This document shows, piece by piece, positions 36,501 through 51,500 of a stretch of 64,000 nucleotides of DNA. The notes beneath the pieces were generated by a model. That model did no database searches. It was not told where the DNA came from and saw only the letters and a list, made by a program, of their open reading frames with translations. Made by a program: the position numbers and the translations under genes. Each line of letters opens with the position of its first letter. Within the stretch, counting starts at the first letter, position 1. The DNA comes from Raillietiella orientalis (taxonomy: Eukaryota), in contig JAYWIR010000032.1 of NCBI GenBank assembly GCA_036172245.1, positions 2,418,001 through 2,482,000 of the forward strand. Direction: 5' to 3'.

Positions 36501-39500
36501 TGAGGTTGCAGGTAGGGTGCTGCGGCAGGTCTCCTCTACCGACCTATTCCGGTAAACAGAGGCAATTGTGCCACAGATTCCGAGTTTCCATGGTGCAAAC
36601 GGCCACCACACATGCACGAAAACATGATGCGCCGCTCATTGAAAAACATGTCTGAGAAATTTCTTTCTCGTAAGTTCTAGAGACCTCGGGGCGTTCCGAA
36701 CATCCGGCAGCTGTTTGAACACAAAGATTCACCGACAGGAACATGCCAGAAAGGATCAACAGAGACTCGCCCCCCAAAGAGTAGCACCATCTCCGATCGC
36801 CCTGATGACGTCATCGGACATCCCGGAGTGTTTCGGTTCCAAGAATGATGATGCCGCTGCGGATTGTAAAAATCAAGAAACATGGCAAACAATACGGAGC
36901 TGCCACGGTGTCTACTTCTGGTACACGGCTGAACTGGCTACATGCAGAATGGAAAAATGATTCTGCATGTAGCCATGTAGGATAAGGAAAATAACAGTAC
37001 TGGAAGTGGTGGCTTTCTTGAGCAGCCTCTGGAAAGCAGACTGCAGACGAAAGAGTATGGTTCCCGCTTTCCAGAGGAGTACATGGTTCATCTGGTCATC
37101 GTATTCACTAACACGAAATGCTCTAAGGATTCCAGCAAAACGCTTGCACAACACTGGGAAAAATCAAGGACAAGTACAGCCACAAAGCGAAGCATTTTGT
37201 TACATCTGCAAGGGATCAAAGGAGATTCGGAAATTGCATGCGAAAAGGAATGCAACCAAACTCAACCAACTCATTGTGCTCGCACGGAACTGAAACACAG
37301 GGAGCATGCACCAGCAGGTATTTACACAATACGATCTGTACAATGGTACCATCGCTGGGGCGTCCTTCGCAAACACAGGAAAAAAGATATACATGAACTA
37401 TCAGGGAACACGCAGGCGGGTACTCCCACGGGTCATGCATCCACTCTTCCACTATCCGGACAAGTAACACCCTCGGGCACGGTAGATGCCGCTCCAGAGA
37501 CTGGTCAGTCGGCCGGAAAGCATGCGAGCCAACCGACTGTGCCAACTACGCGTGGTCGATAAACGGCGGCGGCTGAAACGGTGCGATCTGAGCCATACAA
37601 CGCTGACCACCTCACCATGGAGTGACTGGGTCACCCAGGGTCTGTCTAGAAACCAAATGGGCCGAAACTGCTATCCGGAGGTCCACTTCGAGCACGCGTG
37701 CAACAGGAACCACGGGAAATACCTTTGGCTCCTTCATGAAGGCAATCCTGCCCACTGGATCCGCGTTGGCATCACGAATTCGAACGACGAAGGGCAGTCG
37801 GTTTTCTTTGAAGGCGTGGAAGATGAGCTTCAGCTGCTCGCCCGATTTTGTGATGGGCACTAAGTTCCCTGCGAACTCGATGTACTGGGGCTTTGCCTCC
37901 AGCACCTGGAACACTCCACGATGTCACAGAGTTCACCCTTGAGTAACCTCTGGTGTTTTACCTCAACGTCGCGGCTCTTGGCAACCTCGGTGAAGTGTTC
38001 TTGCCCTTCGAGTGTTTTTTCTTCCCTGTCATCCGTCATGCAGAAGACCCTGATCTTACTTTCCATGGCGTCGATCCGTTTGGCGAAAACAACGAATCTG
38101 CGGGAATTCCAGGAGCATGTTAAGGAGCAGCGCTCAACATTTACTTTGCCATAAAAGGCACATGTATGAGCTCCTTATACACTTCCGTGGCCATCTTTGC
38201 TGCTTCACCCACATTCCTGCAATCCATCAGCCAGAATCGCGCCGAGACAGTGGTGGTAAAGGAAACACAATCATTGACGAACGTTAGGGGCGTGGAGCCG
38301 GTCACATCTTCCCACTGGGCTTTAGATGTGCCACCTTGCGCAACGATGTAGTAGTTCATTCTTTCGAATTATTAAGGTGAACTTACCAGTTATGCTGCAA
38401 AGCAAACGCAGCGTGGGTGCATCGCCTGAGTATTCGTTGATCATTCCCTTCGATGACGCCTGAGGGACAGGAATCGTAAGAGTGATAGCTTTGTGGAACT
38501 TTCTACGACGTGGCTCAACCGTCACAATGGGTGATACAGCAACGCGGTTACCAAGCATCTTGGATACCAGCTCGGTTGAAACGGGACGCACCTGCAACGA
38601 TGGATTGATATAGGGCGCTCCGCTGCATTCCTCGAATGGTGTACACTTATTTCATTCGAGAACACGAAAACAAACGAGGAAAGAAACGGGCAAACGAAAC
38701 CAAACTTGCAAAAAAAAAAAAAAAAAAAAAAGAGAGAGAGAGAGACCACAGGTTCACAGACAAGACGGGGTGTTTTTTTTTCTTTCCGGATGCACTGTAA
38801 ATTTTGTCTGGAGGCATGCAAACCAAAAATCCGTCCCCCTCCCCAAGCCAGAAGAACTCAACCCATGCACAGATAGGCTATTCCAACTAGAAAGCCGGTC
38901 TCAAGAAGCCTGCTTTATTTTTCACTATTGGAACTTAGTGGGTCAAAAAAGGAAGTGAACCAACTCACCTTCTGTCCGCTAAGAAAGCGTCTACATAACA
39001 CTGCACAAGAACGGAATCCGAGTATGGTGAGATGATTACACACAACTCAGTGCTAAACACCAGAAATTAAATCTGCTTAATGATGCTCTCAACGCCCGGA
39101 GCATTCACGGATACATTATCGGGACGTTTACGACTCCAAGGTCATCTAGGTAAAGGATTACGAAAATAAAGCAGGCTTGAGAAGACTCTGTTGGGATCCA
39201 GTTGGTGTGTGCGCTAGGTTACGGATTCCGCCTGTGGACCAAACAAAAAACCTAGCCAAGTGTCCTGAATGCAAACGGAGCAGTTTTCCCGAACCTAGCT
39301 TACTACTGTTTCCCATGAAGCGAAGCAACTTCTGATGATCACTGATCCTAACTAAGTTTCTGGTCCTCCAAGAGCAGACTGACAGTGCAACTTATGGGTA
39401 AAATTCATTTTGCAATTTTTAAACATCAAACAGGCGGATTCCCGAAGAACACTTCAATTCGAAAACGATCTGCGGTGGTTAGACAAGAAGTGGGGGAGAG

Positions 39501-42500
39501 CAGTTAAAAAAGGGGGGGTTAAAAAAAACCACTCCAAGCACATTGGTCTTTTATTCACGTTACACCATCCAGAAACCGTTTACACCAACACGCCAAGCTT
39601 GCAGTTCTACTAGTTAGTATAGAGATTCACGACTTAAGGTGTTATTTTACATGATGAGAAATGTGGACTGGACTGTTACACACTTCACAAAGTTCGCACA
39701 AAGAACAATCAATTTCACTGGCAATTTTTCGATCTGAACACGTTCTACCAGCACAAAGTTAGTTTGTGTTTCTTGGGGACACTGTTACTTATCGTACTTT
39801 TCTTGCTTAGTTGTGATTTGTTTTTGTGTGGGTTAAAAAAATTTACCTGGAGCCCGACTTTGATCTTTTTGGTTAAAGCACCTTGAGGGAATACAGCTTG
39901 AACCTGTGGAACAACAGTGGATGATACCATTCCACCTTCTGGCCCAATGGCATGATTTTCCTGCCGCACTCTGCTGACAATAGCAAAATATTGAGGGAAG
40001 TCAGTTGTCAGGATCCTCGTGATCCTATTCGTGTTCAAATCCTCCAACGCACTCATTTCTGGAATTATCATCATTAGCATACGGCTTCAATGAGATACGG
40101 AGTTCTCTAACGAGAAACTGGTTCAAAAACAGTTCCAGTACCTTCGCCGTCGAAACTCTCATTCAGGACTTCTTGCACAGCTTCCTCTGTCGCTTCTAAC
40201 GTATGTTCCACCCATGTTTCCCCATTATCTGATCTCAAAATCAGTATTTCCCTTTCTCGTCCTTTCAATGATGCAAAGTGTGGTACTTCGATTATAACAG
40301 GCCTTTGAGGAAGAAGCAGAAGAAGAAGAGAAAAAAAAAAAACAATCAAACAATAACAAAGTCAGTTTCGAGAACATGTTAAGAAACCACATCCAGATTT
40401 AGAATGCTTCCCGAAGACGAATCTTAGGAAAACGGAATAGGAGCTATGGATTTACAAGAAGCTCCGTCTCGAGATCACTTCGCACATTAGTTCATTTAAG
40501 TCATTCACGCGATGTTCACGATCAAAAATTAAAGGTGGCATCGAGAAAGCACTTTAGACTCTCCGATGTAGTGAAAGCTGGAGCAGCGATAAAGTAAAAC
40601 AGTGCTCCACATGAATCAAGATGTCTACTGTGCACTTACGCTTTTATCTTTTCTACTGTTGTTCCAGAATAAATGTACAGTGCATTACTAACCCAAGAAA
40701 CTTTGCTCCGGAGGGACCCATTTCCAGGATCCTGCTCGCTAAAGCTTCTCCCTCCAAAAGAGGTGGCGGGTGTGCCAATTTGTCTTTTTTCAAATAACGA
40801 CAAGTAATCCTCATGGGCATCGAAGCTTTCCTCGGAGGAATTATGACTCTGACGCCTGAATGGCGACAACCTCTCATTGCTCCACCACGAGCATCAACCA
40901 TGAAGCTGACAAGGAACCTTTGTTTTGGGCAGAAAGAAACAATTTAGAATACTATTCACAGAATAGGCTGTAAAATGCCAGCACCAAATTAGACAGCATG
41001 CAAAGGAAAACGAAATAAATATATAAATCAGAAAGAAGTAAAACGAAGAAATGAAACACAAAAAGAATAAGCATTTGATTAAATTAATAAAAACTCACGA
41101 TTTCCAAGTCAATTTATTCCTGTAAAACAGGGATGCATGCAAAGAGAATAATAATTCATTTGTTGATGAATACAAGGAGATGACTTAATTTAAAACGATT
41201 ACAACAAATTAAAGTGCAAAATACAATCAATGGCTCTTAAGAGTTACAACCTGGATTTGTAAGTTATTTTCAATGACACAAGACACATGTATTGATACCA
41301 AATACATGCTAATGAGTACAAATGATGTGATACATACGGACATATACACTGAATGGATTCGTCCGTGAATTCTAGCACTTGCAGAGAATACCCCTACTCT
41401 CGTTATGCACAAATTACTTCTAAAATAATAATAACTCAGATTACATCCTCCCAACTGTTCGTGCATCCCAATAAACCAGTAACAGACTTTCTGATGTGTT
41501 TCTGAAGACGAATTACAACTCGTTCTAAAGAAGGTACATTCTGATTTGCAGAAAATGAATGAACTTTTAAATTATCTGCTTGAATTTCACCAAAAACCCC
41601 ATTCTACTCAGCCCCAGAATTCTTTCCTCTGTCCAGCTTTAAGACATTTCAAAACTAATTTAAAGCAGACAGACCACACACAATTTGACCAATGTGGATA
41701 ATCAATGGTTATGGAAAGTATTTAGCAAAATAAAGTGAATCTTCTTGCACTGTTCGAAACTATGATGTGATGAAGAACTAATCAGCACAAAAAGCAGCTC
41801 AACGCTTTTAAAATTGCACTTATAAAGTTTTGTTTCATGGCTGTCTGAATTTATCTAAGGATGGAGAAGTCAAAAGGAAACAATACAGCAATCATTTATT
41901 TGTTGCAGAAATAGATATGGAGCCAGTGGGTTTAAGTTTCTCGCTCAATTTCAGTCATGGCCTTTAAGGTGAAGAAAAAATTGCTCTACTGGTTGGCTCA
42001 ACTAACAGTGTTTCCATTAAAAAAAAATAAAATCGGTCACATTATACCAAAAAAATCAAAAGTATAATCTTTTAAAACATTAGTTTACAATTAATCTTGC
42101 AAAAACTTTTTGATGCATGATAACACAAGTTTTCGAAAGTGGATAACAAATTATGATGAAATTCAATATTCGAACTATTTTTTAAAACGAATAGTTGTTA
42201 GGATCTTCTAAATAGGACAGACATGACAAAAAAGATCAAATAGACTAACACCTAAAGAGTGTGATCACATAACGACAATCAGGAGAAAACATGCACAAAG
42301 AGTAGAAAAGAATACAACCGATGGAACAAGACAAGGTAATAACACAGAATAGTTCATAATTAATAGTAGTTTTATAATTAGGCTGGCATATAATTTTTAG
42401 GATAAATGCGAAGGAATACCTGCTTCTCCACATTCCAGATTGAATAGATGTGAAATTATTAAGCACACTGCTAATGATAACACTCCTAGTTGTCACAATA

Positions 42501-45500
42501 AAACAAATTTCAAAATAAATAGCACATTGCATAAGCACATAAAAAGGTGCAAGCAAATGTCACATTCACATGTTTTTTTTTTAACAGTTCACAGAAGTAA
42601 TTTTTAAACCAACACATCATGGAACACAAAAGCAACAAACAAACAATACACTGAGAACATTCTGGCATAAAATGAAAATTACAAATTATATAATAAAAAA
42701 TATAAATCTACTGCTAACACTTTCATATTTCATAAAAGAAAGCCCACACAAACCCCATTAAGTACTGAAATAATTCACATCAGTAACTTGCAATCTGATA
42801 ATTCATTTAAGAATCGATAGTGAAATCCTAAGCAAATGGCTTATTACTCTGCGATGAAAGAAAGACTTCCCAATAAACAATTTTCAATAAATGAATTTAG
42901 CCACTAAGTTAAATATAGCTGAAACCAACAGATGATTACTGAAACATGATATGCACAAATGCAGGCAGTGACACATGAAAGTTTCCTTCTGACTCATATA
43001 ACTTCAAACCACATTTTCTTGAAAGATTTTCATGAAAAAATTTTAACCATTGGAAACTGAAATCATAAATGAAATTTTGGCTTCAAGGATTCTGGACACA
43101 ATTCATTATCAAGGACCAAGTTCTACACATTCTGAGTAGCCATGCACTTGAGCACACTGGAAAATACCTAAAATCTGCATAGCCAATGAAGAACAACATA
43201 CACAGAGGGTTGTGGGAACATTTTTTTCTTCCAGGGCCTCTCTTACTAACTGTTCAAACGCTGAGTACATACGATCAACTCCTTCAGGTAACAATGACCT
43301 TGACTATTGCAGAAAGGTTTTCCAATCATTACTTTTACAAACAATAGCACACAGTACAAAAACAAAAATCGCAAACACATTTGAAGAACTCTATGGAATA
43401 ATTAGCAGATTTTATAAGGACCGTACTAGAAAAAATCACATCAACAAAGAACAAAATACTATTTTCAAAGAATTGCTACTATCTTGAAACTTTCATGAAA
43501 CCATGAAAACGTTTAAAGGAAAAAAAGAACATGACTTATCATCGTGGCGCAGAACTGTAGTTACACAAGTAATCTGGATTCATCACTAAATTGCTCAAAA
43601 CAAAGAGAGAGAGAAAGAAGACGAAAGAAAAAAAGAAAAAAAAAAAAAAAAAGGGAAAAAAGCTCAAGATGTATGATGAAAGCATTGGGGAACTGAATAG
43701 ATGCATCACACCTACTTTAATGATCATGTTATAGACCATCAGAATGCAAATGAGCTAAATCTAAGAACACACTGGCTTGTCTAAATAAAGTCGCTAAAAT
43801 CTTCAATTTTCATGTGCATCTTAAAACTTCAGAGAGTGAGAAAGAAATAAGGGTAGCACTTGTAAGTAGTTACTGAGATGAATGGCTCAATTTGCTAGTA
43901 ATATACCTTGCAGACATATTACTGCAACTACCAGGAAAGTGGTTCAAATGACTGTCAAGTGCAAAAACTCTTCAGCATTTAAATAACTTGGCAAAATTCC
44001 AAATGATCGCTTAACACTACCAATCAGAAAGCAAACAGAATCATTTCATTAGAATGGGCTTATGTTAAGCAAAGTGTTGAAAAGCTCCCCTTATCTTATT
44101 CTGAATTGAAAAAATTGGGAGAGCTACTTGAGAAACGATTTTCCAGTTCAAACTTGCCTAACATGTACTACTCAAAAATGTCTATTTTCAGTATTGCATA
44201 AGAAGACAGACTAGAAACCGATATTTGATGTTTCGGATGTTTAAAACACATGAAAAGAACCACAAATTGCAAATATGCATCATATATAAATTTCAACTGA
44301 TGCTTTTGATAAATCTTTAACCATTGAAGCCATTATCATTACGAGGAGTCGAAAGATCAGAACTTGCAAGAAATTTGAATGTGGCAAATTATTTTTTTGT
44401 TCCGGCTCGAATTAAAAAAATTAAGACCAATGATCTGCAATGATTCTGGAAAATGCTAGATACAGAATATACACACTATTGTATCAACGTATAAAGCTAT
44501 GCATCATAAGCTGACCAACAATGATTTGCGCTAAAAACACAAGAAATTCATTAATGGGTAAAACTGAAGAATGATGACAGAACTGATCCATATACTTTTT
44601 TTGGAAAAACAAAAAGAATCGTGAAAAAAATAATGCGGGCAACATGTTATCGAGGTTAGTTCAAAAACGAAATTGTCAACCTGTACGCATCATATTAAAT
44701 AGCATTTATTTGAAGCATCAAAACATGAAAAATTATGAAATACACTAGCAGGTTTACTTAAACACATTCAGTTTTTACTCCGAATTATGAAGCAAACACA
44801 TATGCATGCATACACATACACACACACACAAATTCAGCAAAACAGGCAAATATAATGAGCTAACAGGAAATGCTTACAAGCTTTAAAAAATAATTAAGAG
44901 CCATGAAGCACACGCATTTATTTTAACACAATACAAAACGTGGAAATACATAAAAAGCAACTAACCCAGTATACACAGGGCGGGATAAATCAATATTATC
45001 TGAAAGATAACTGTTACTCAGAGCTTCTTTGCACAGATCAATATGATCCATCCTTTGGATAGGTGCTGAAATATGAAAATACATAATCTGATTTAACTCA
45101 TACATAATCTGATTTAATACAATCCAACAGGTGGAACTTATGCATGGTAACTATAGATCTTACAAGAGTAGGTACAGATTTACAAATTGTCATCCATCAG
45201 TCTCAAGGAAACAAATGTGGAAAATCCATTTAACACTTACCTTCCATGTCCATGAAGTGACTTGTGTCAACTTTTGTTTCTGCTTTTTCATCTTTCATCA
45301 CATCAAGGGGTAATGAATCATCTCCCAAGGACTTCATTTCGTCTGTTGTCAAATATGAATATGAATGATCCGCAATATTATCTTCACCTGAATGAATGCA
45401 GAATGAGTCATCATGCAACTAATAAACACCCGACATGACAAGACCAAAAATATTACCTCTATTAAGAAATGATGATTGATCTGCAGAAACAATTACCACT

Positions 45501-48500
45501 GAATAAGAGTTGTTACATAGTTTACACAGAGAAGGGAAAAAAATTAGTCACTTGCTTATTGCTTTAGTAGAGAAACAAGGTTACAGTGAACTAGCAAAAG
45601 AGACATCCTACTTTCATTCACACCTGATTAAGCCTAACAGAAACACATGATAAATATGATTAAGAGGGAACAAAGCAAAGTATTTCTCATTAGGATTTAT
45701 TGAAGTTGCAAAAACGGGTCAACACCATTTTTCTTCTCTCATTGTTTCCTAAAATGCCAACAAATGCGGAAAATGCAGAAAAGCTAATTGAAAACATTAG
45801 TACAATTACTAGTAGTAACTGCCAAGTATTGTGCGCAACAGTTATCACTCAGAAAACCCAAGATCTTCTCTCAACTTACTTAGAAGCAAAATCTGACCCT
45901 CATAATAAGGAAGATAAACGTGTTGCTCGTGGGTGGCTTTGCCAAAAGGGCATGATCCAATTATATCTTCACCTATAGGCAACAGAAACACTTAATAGCC
46001 CTTCAGAGTAAAGCCAAGCTTATGCAAATGACACATGTGCAAATAAGCTACAACTGATTAAAGTGTAATCAAATACCCCACACAAAAACCAAGAATCTTC
46101 ACAGTCATTTTGCAGTTACCTCCTTCATCATCCGAATCAGTCATATAAGTTTCATGCATTGTTTCCGGTGCTACAACTTTGTATTTCTCTTCTGTCACTG
46201 TTGTAGTGGTGATGGTGGTGATAATTTCTGTAACAACTTTGAGTGTCTCAATAACACTAATATATCCTAACTTTTGGGCAATAGCAAGTGGAGTCTGTCC
46301 ATGCTGTTTTAAACAATCAGTGCATCATCACATTCATACATCTTAAGCTTACGTCTGTTGTTGCATTAGGTGAAGCTTTATTTTCAAGTAGCAGATTAAC
46401 AATTAATGTATGTCCTTGTTGTGCTGCTTGATGTAATGGGGTATATCCCAACAAAGTCGTCAAATTGACATCAGCATTGTGGCTGAGTAGAAACCGAACC
46501 ATATTGATTTGGCCAAAGTGACAAGCAACATGCAGTGGAGTATATCCGGCCTATGAGAGCAAAATATTAGCAATAGTTTCAGATCTTTGTTAAAATTAAC
46601 AAGCCCTACTTTTACGAAAAAGTTAAAAGAGAAAAAGAAACAGAAAAAAAGTTTCCTAAGATTAGCTTGCCTTTGTTTGCGCATTTTTGTCTGCACCATG
46701 CTTAATTAAAACTGCCGCAACATTAACTCGATCCTCCTGTGCACATAAATGCAATGGAGTCAGTCCGTTCTGTAAACCCATGATCAGAACATGAATATTC
46801 TAATTCCTCAATACCTTAGCTTGGTGATTCAAATTTGCACCATGTTCAATTAACAATCGAATCATATCAATGTGACCTTCTTGAGCACTTAGATGCATTG
46901 GAGTAAACCCAGCTCTTGACTCTGCATCTGCTTGGGCACCATGATCCAAAAGTGCCGATGCTACTTCCATCTATCCATACATCAGAGCAATTATTAGAGA
47001 GAAAAAACAAAAAAAGCAGTAAACCTGATTTTTCTTAGCAGCAATATGGAGAGGTGTATAACCATTGCGGGCACAAGCCATGGGATTGGCTTTAGAATCC
47101 AAAAGGCATTGAGCAACATCTTGATGATTGTAGTGTGTAGCCACATGAAGAGGTGTAACTGAATTCTGGGTTCAAAGATTCGATTCGGTTCAAACGAACA
47201 AGTAGAAAGCCAAATCTTACTTTTCCTTCTGCATCTACGGCAGCATTCCTTGCCAGCAGCAGTCTTATTAATGGAAGATGCCCATATTTAGCTGCTAAGT
47301 GGAGTGGTGTAAAACCCTTCTTCGTTGTTGCATTCACCGATGCATTGTTTTCAAGTAATATTTGGGCAATCTATTGCGAGAAAATTCATGAATCTCGCTT
47401 AAATTATAATTCTTCTATGACATAGTAACTGTGAAATGAGACTGTTGGAATTTATTAATTATCAACAATGTAAAGAAATTCTCATCCTGAATCTGAAATC
47501 ACGTGATAGAAAAACAGAAATTCTGCTAATGAGTTCATAACACGAATGATACTTGAGAAGAAATCACATGTAACTTGTATGTAAAGTAATTTGTATTCCA
47601 AACACCTGACTAACTGACCTGATTTTAAAAAATAAATTTTTGTAAAGAAAAGTACGTCAAACGTGCAAGTTTATAAGCAATAGTGGAATTCGAAAACGCG
47701 AACACATAACACAGTGCACTGAAGTGAAATACAAAGAACTGAACCAGAGAACATCAAAAAATCACATGTTGGGGTTCTACCATAGTTACACTGTGTGTAA
47801 TCTAAACCCAATTCAAATGAGAAATTTAAGATTGAAAGTTTAGCAAATTAGCAACAGCCTTTAAGATCATGAAAAACATATGTGACAACATTATGCACAC
47901 ACCCAAGTTGGGAACAAAAATAAAATTCACAACAAATTTCTTGATCTCAGGATGTTCGAAACATTTTCAAACACGGAATTTTATTGGGTTTCTGTAATTA
48001 GAAAAATTTGTTTTTGCTTATTATAGGTGCATTTATTATAAATCGATGCATTATAATTACGAGCAGAACAATGCACACATATGGAACAGGTGGTAAAGAC
48101 AATTATTCACTTCACTTATTCTGTGGATTTGAAACATAGTTACAGCAAATAAACATACTTCTTCTTGTCCTTCTTTGGAGGCAATATGCAAAGGAGTGTA
48201 CAAATCCTTGGTCACAGCATCAATAACAGCACCATGCTGTAGAAGTACCATAGCAATGTCTGCATTACCGAGACGTGATGCAATGTGAAGAGGAGTCTGT
48301 TGTTCCTAAACATAAAAAAAGTATTTGTTTTCGCAGAAACAATTTTTATCCTAAAATAGAAAAAATCACACTTACTCTTGCTTTAGCATCCACTGTAGCA
48401 CCATTCCTCAGCAATATACGCACTACATCTGTCTGATTAGCTCTTGTTGCAAGATGTAATGGAGTTTCTCCCCGGATGGTTGGAACATCAGGATTAGCAC

Positions 48501-51500
48501 CATGTTGAATCAGATAAATGACAATGTTCATACAACCCATAAAACATGCAACATGTAGAGGAGTAAGACCAGACTACAAATAGAACATGGAAGCTGTTAT
48601 CCCATGCACAGCACAGTTTATGTGACAATAAATCCAAACAATTTTACCATAGTAATTCATTATATACCCAATTACCATAAACGCAAGACAACCAACATTA
48701 AACAAAATTCAATCTGTGAATCATGTGCTTGAAAACAAGTTACCTCAGTTGTAGCTTCAATAGAAGCACCATACTTCAAAAGCAATTCCACCACTTGAAT
48801 TCGACTTTTTTTACAGGCAATATGTAGTGGTGTAAAACCATTAAGGGCACGAGAATTTGGATCCGCTTTTCGTTCTAGAAGTAACTTAGCTACTCTCACA
48901 TGCCCACAATGAGCTGCCACATGCAAAGATGTTAAATAATCTACAGTAACATCATCCACTGGAGCTTTATTGTTAAGAAGCACTTTTGCTGATTCAACAT
49001 GATCACCTTGTACAGACATATGCAAGGGTGACAATCCATTCTGAAAATTTATCAAACTATTTCTCTGTCTATTTAATAAGATGAATATTAACAGCAATGG
49101 GAAAAATTCTTTAAAATCAAAATCAATGCAATTTAAATTCAAAATGCTCACTTTAGTTTTTGAAGCGATAGAAGCATTTATAGATAAAAGATATTCTATA
49201 ACTGCATGATGCCCTGATCTTGCAGCACAGTGCAATGCAGTAAGCCCATCTTTGGTTTTACTTTCTTTATTAGCACCTTTTTCTAAAAGCAGTTTCATCA
49301 TTTTTAGCTTTCCCCATTTAGCTGCAACATGTAACGGAGTAATGCTATGCTAAAACAATTGGAAATAAGCAATGATATTAAAAATAATATGCATTTTACT
49401 GCAATAAACTAGCAACAGTACTGCCTTTTTTCATACTCTTTAATCGGAACAGATTTTTCGGAATACATATTTTGATTCACTTGAAAAATTATGATACTGA
49501 TGGCAGAAATCTGGCATTCTTATCGGTTACACTGGTTGGATTTATCAAGAGAACTTATGGATTATTGCATCTCATGTGTTTCTAAGAAAACAAAGTAAAT
49601 GTTTGAAATACATTATGTAATCGACCTCAAATGCCTAAGAATCTTAAATTAATGATGATATTCAAGAATTTTTGCTCTTATAAACAATGGGAAAAGAATT
49701 GTTCGGATCATTGAATAAACAAATTTTCAAACTTTCGAATAAATCCACTTTTTACTTAATAATTTTGAAAGCAAGCATTATGGAAATTCATAATTCAGTA
49801 GTAAATACTAACAAATAGGCAAACATTGATGGCAAACATTTCTAAAGGGGAATAAGATGTAAACAAGCCAAGTTTTCGAATGTAAAAATTGATTTCTTTG
49901 CACTGATTTCCATTGTAAGAATCTGCCTACAGAAAAAATTTGCTAATGGCTTCAATACATTTTTGAGGGCTCATTACATCCAAACTCTTTTATCACCCAG
50001 ACTATGCGTGGTAAGAGGTTTCAAATTTTTATAATTATCCCTGTAAAGAGCTCTCAATGAAAGCAATCATAGATAATCAGAGATAAACTGTATCATGAAT
50101 GATCGAATCAACAAATCTAGAAGCTGAATTCAAACCATACTTCAGCCTCAATAAGCTTTGATACACTCTTTTTAAGAAAACGCTGACCAAGATGACCATT
50201 GACATTGATGTATTCATCAAAAGTTTCTCAAAATTCATTCATTCTCTTTCATGAATCTCGAAGGAATCAATGCTGCATTCTCAGTCATAGGAATCACAAC
50301 CAGGGAGAATAAAAAAATGCTATAATCAAATAAAAGATATATTTTCCAAATTTGATGTAAGATTTTCGCATTCTTTTCTGGTTCACATTCTGATTTTGCA
50401 GTCAGTTGGCAAATAATTTTCAAGTTTTGTGGTTATTTAAATGCATGGATGAACTATACTTAACCAAGACGATCTCATAGAGTTCGGAACTGAGAAAACG
50501 CTTTACTTCATCATCTACTTTACTTTCAGGTTTTCAAGAATCTTGAAGGTTCACAGTGAGCAATCGCTGACCTACTCCGATAGACCCATGCTGCTATCCA
50601 AGTGTTATTCAGCAATGCTTTTAGCAAGAAGAGCGACGAAATCGCGGGCTTCCAGGTAACGAGAAACCTTTACAGAATTCGTGCAATAAAAACGAAAAAC
50701 TCATCATAAGGAATCTGTACTTTACGTTAAAAATGCCTCAGAAACTGCTGTACATTCTAAGAACCACTACACTGAAACAAGATGATCGCCACCTCAAAGG
50801 AAAATCTAGGAGGTAAAACGAAATCGGGGATATTTAAAGTTCAAGCATTTTTGACTCCAAACATTTCAGCAGCTATAAAATTTCCGAGTGCAAATGCTAA
50901 CCGAATACTTGGTTCACAGATGAAAGCTGAGAAAAATAATGATGAATAAGTAGAAATGAAGTTACATTACGCTAAGAAAAACGACTTTAGTTATAATGAA
51001 CTCAGCAAAGAACGACGATCATTACGCTTTGCTGTCAGGTCTTGCCATTGAATTTAAAGATTCAAGTGCAAACGTCAAGTTTCTCAAGTTTATGCAGGTG
51101 TGACAATATCGAAATGTCACCATCAAGAATTGACGCTTGAAGTCAAGGGCTACAAGCACAGGAAACAGGATTAGCTCGATCCAATTAAGGTCTTTTCAGA
51201 TGTACACTACGGTCACTAATCATGTTTCTAGTATCAGCTTGCAATATCAAGGAAGACCACATTTTCTTGATCAATTCCTCTGAACATCTTCGACGCACAC
51301 TATTCAGCAAGATCTGGGGGAGGGGCACCATAAATGATGGCGTGGGACACACATGAAAAATTAATTTTCTGTTAAACAAATACCGTGCAAGTTTCAATTG
51401 TTTCTTTCCTCTCCTTAACAATTGGAACAGAACGTTACTTAAATACAAATCAGCGAAAGAGAAAGAAGCCAACAAACTCATAGCATATAATGCCGTGTCA

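Noticed and set aside
38969..38990. Extra ankyrin exon ending at AAG|gtgagt
   Set aside because: Candidate lengths (10 or 22 nt) break the frame, and there is no supporting motif.
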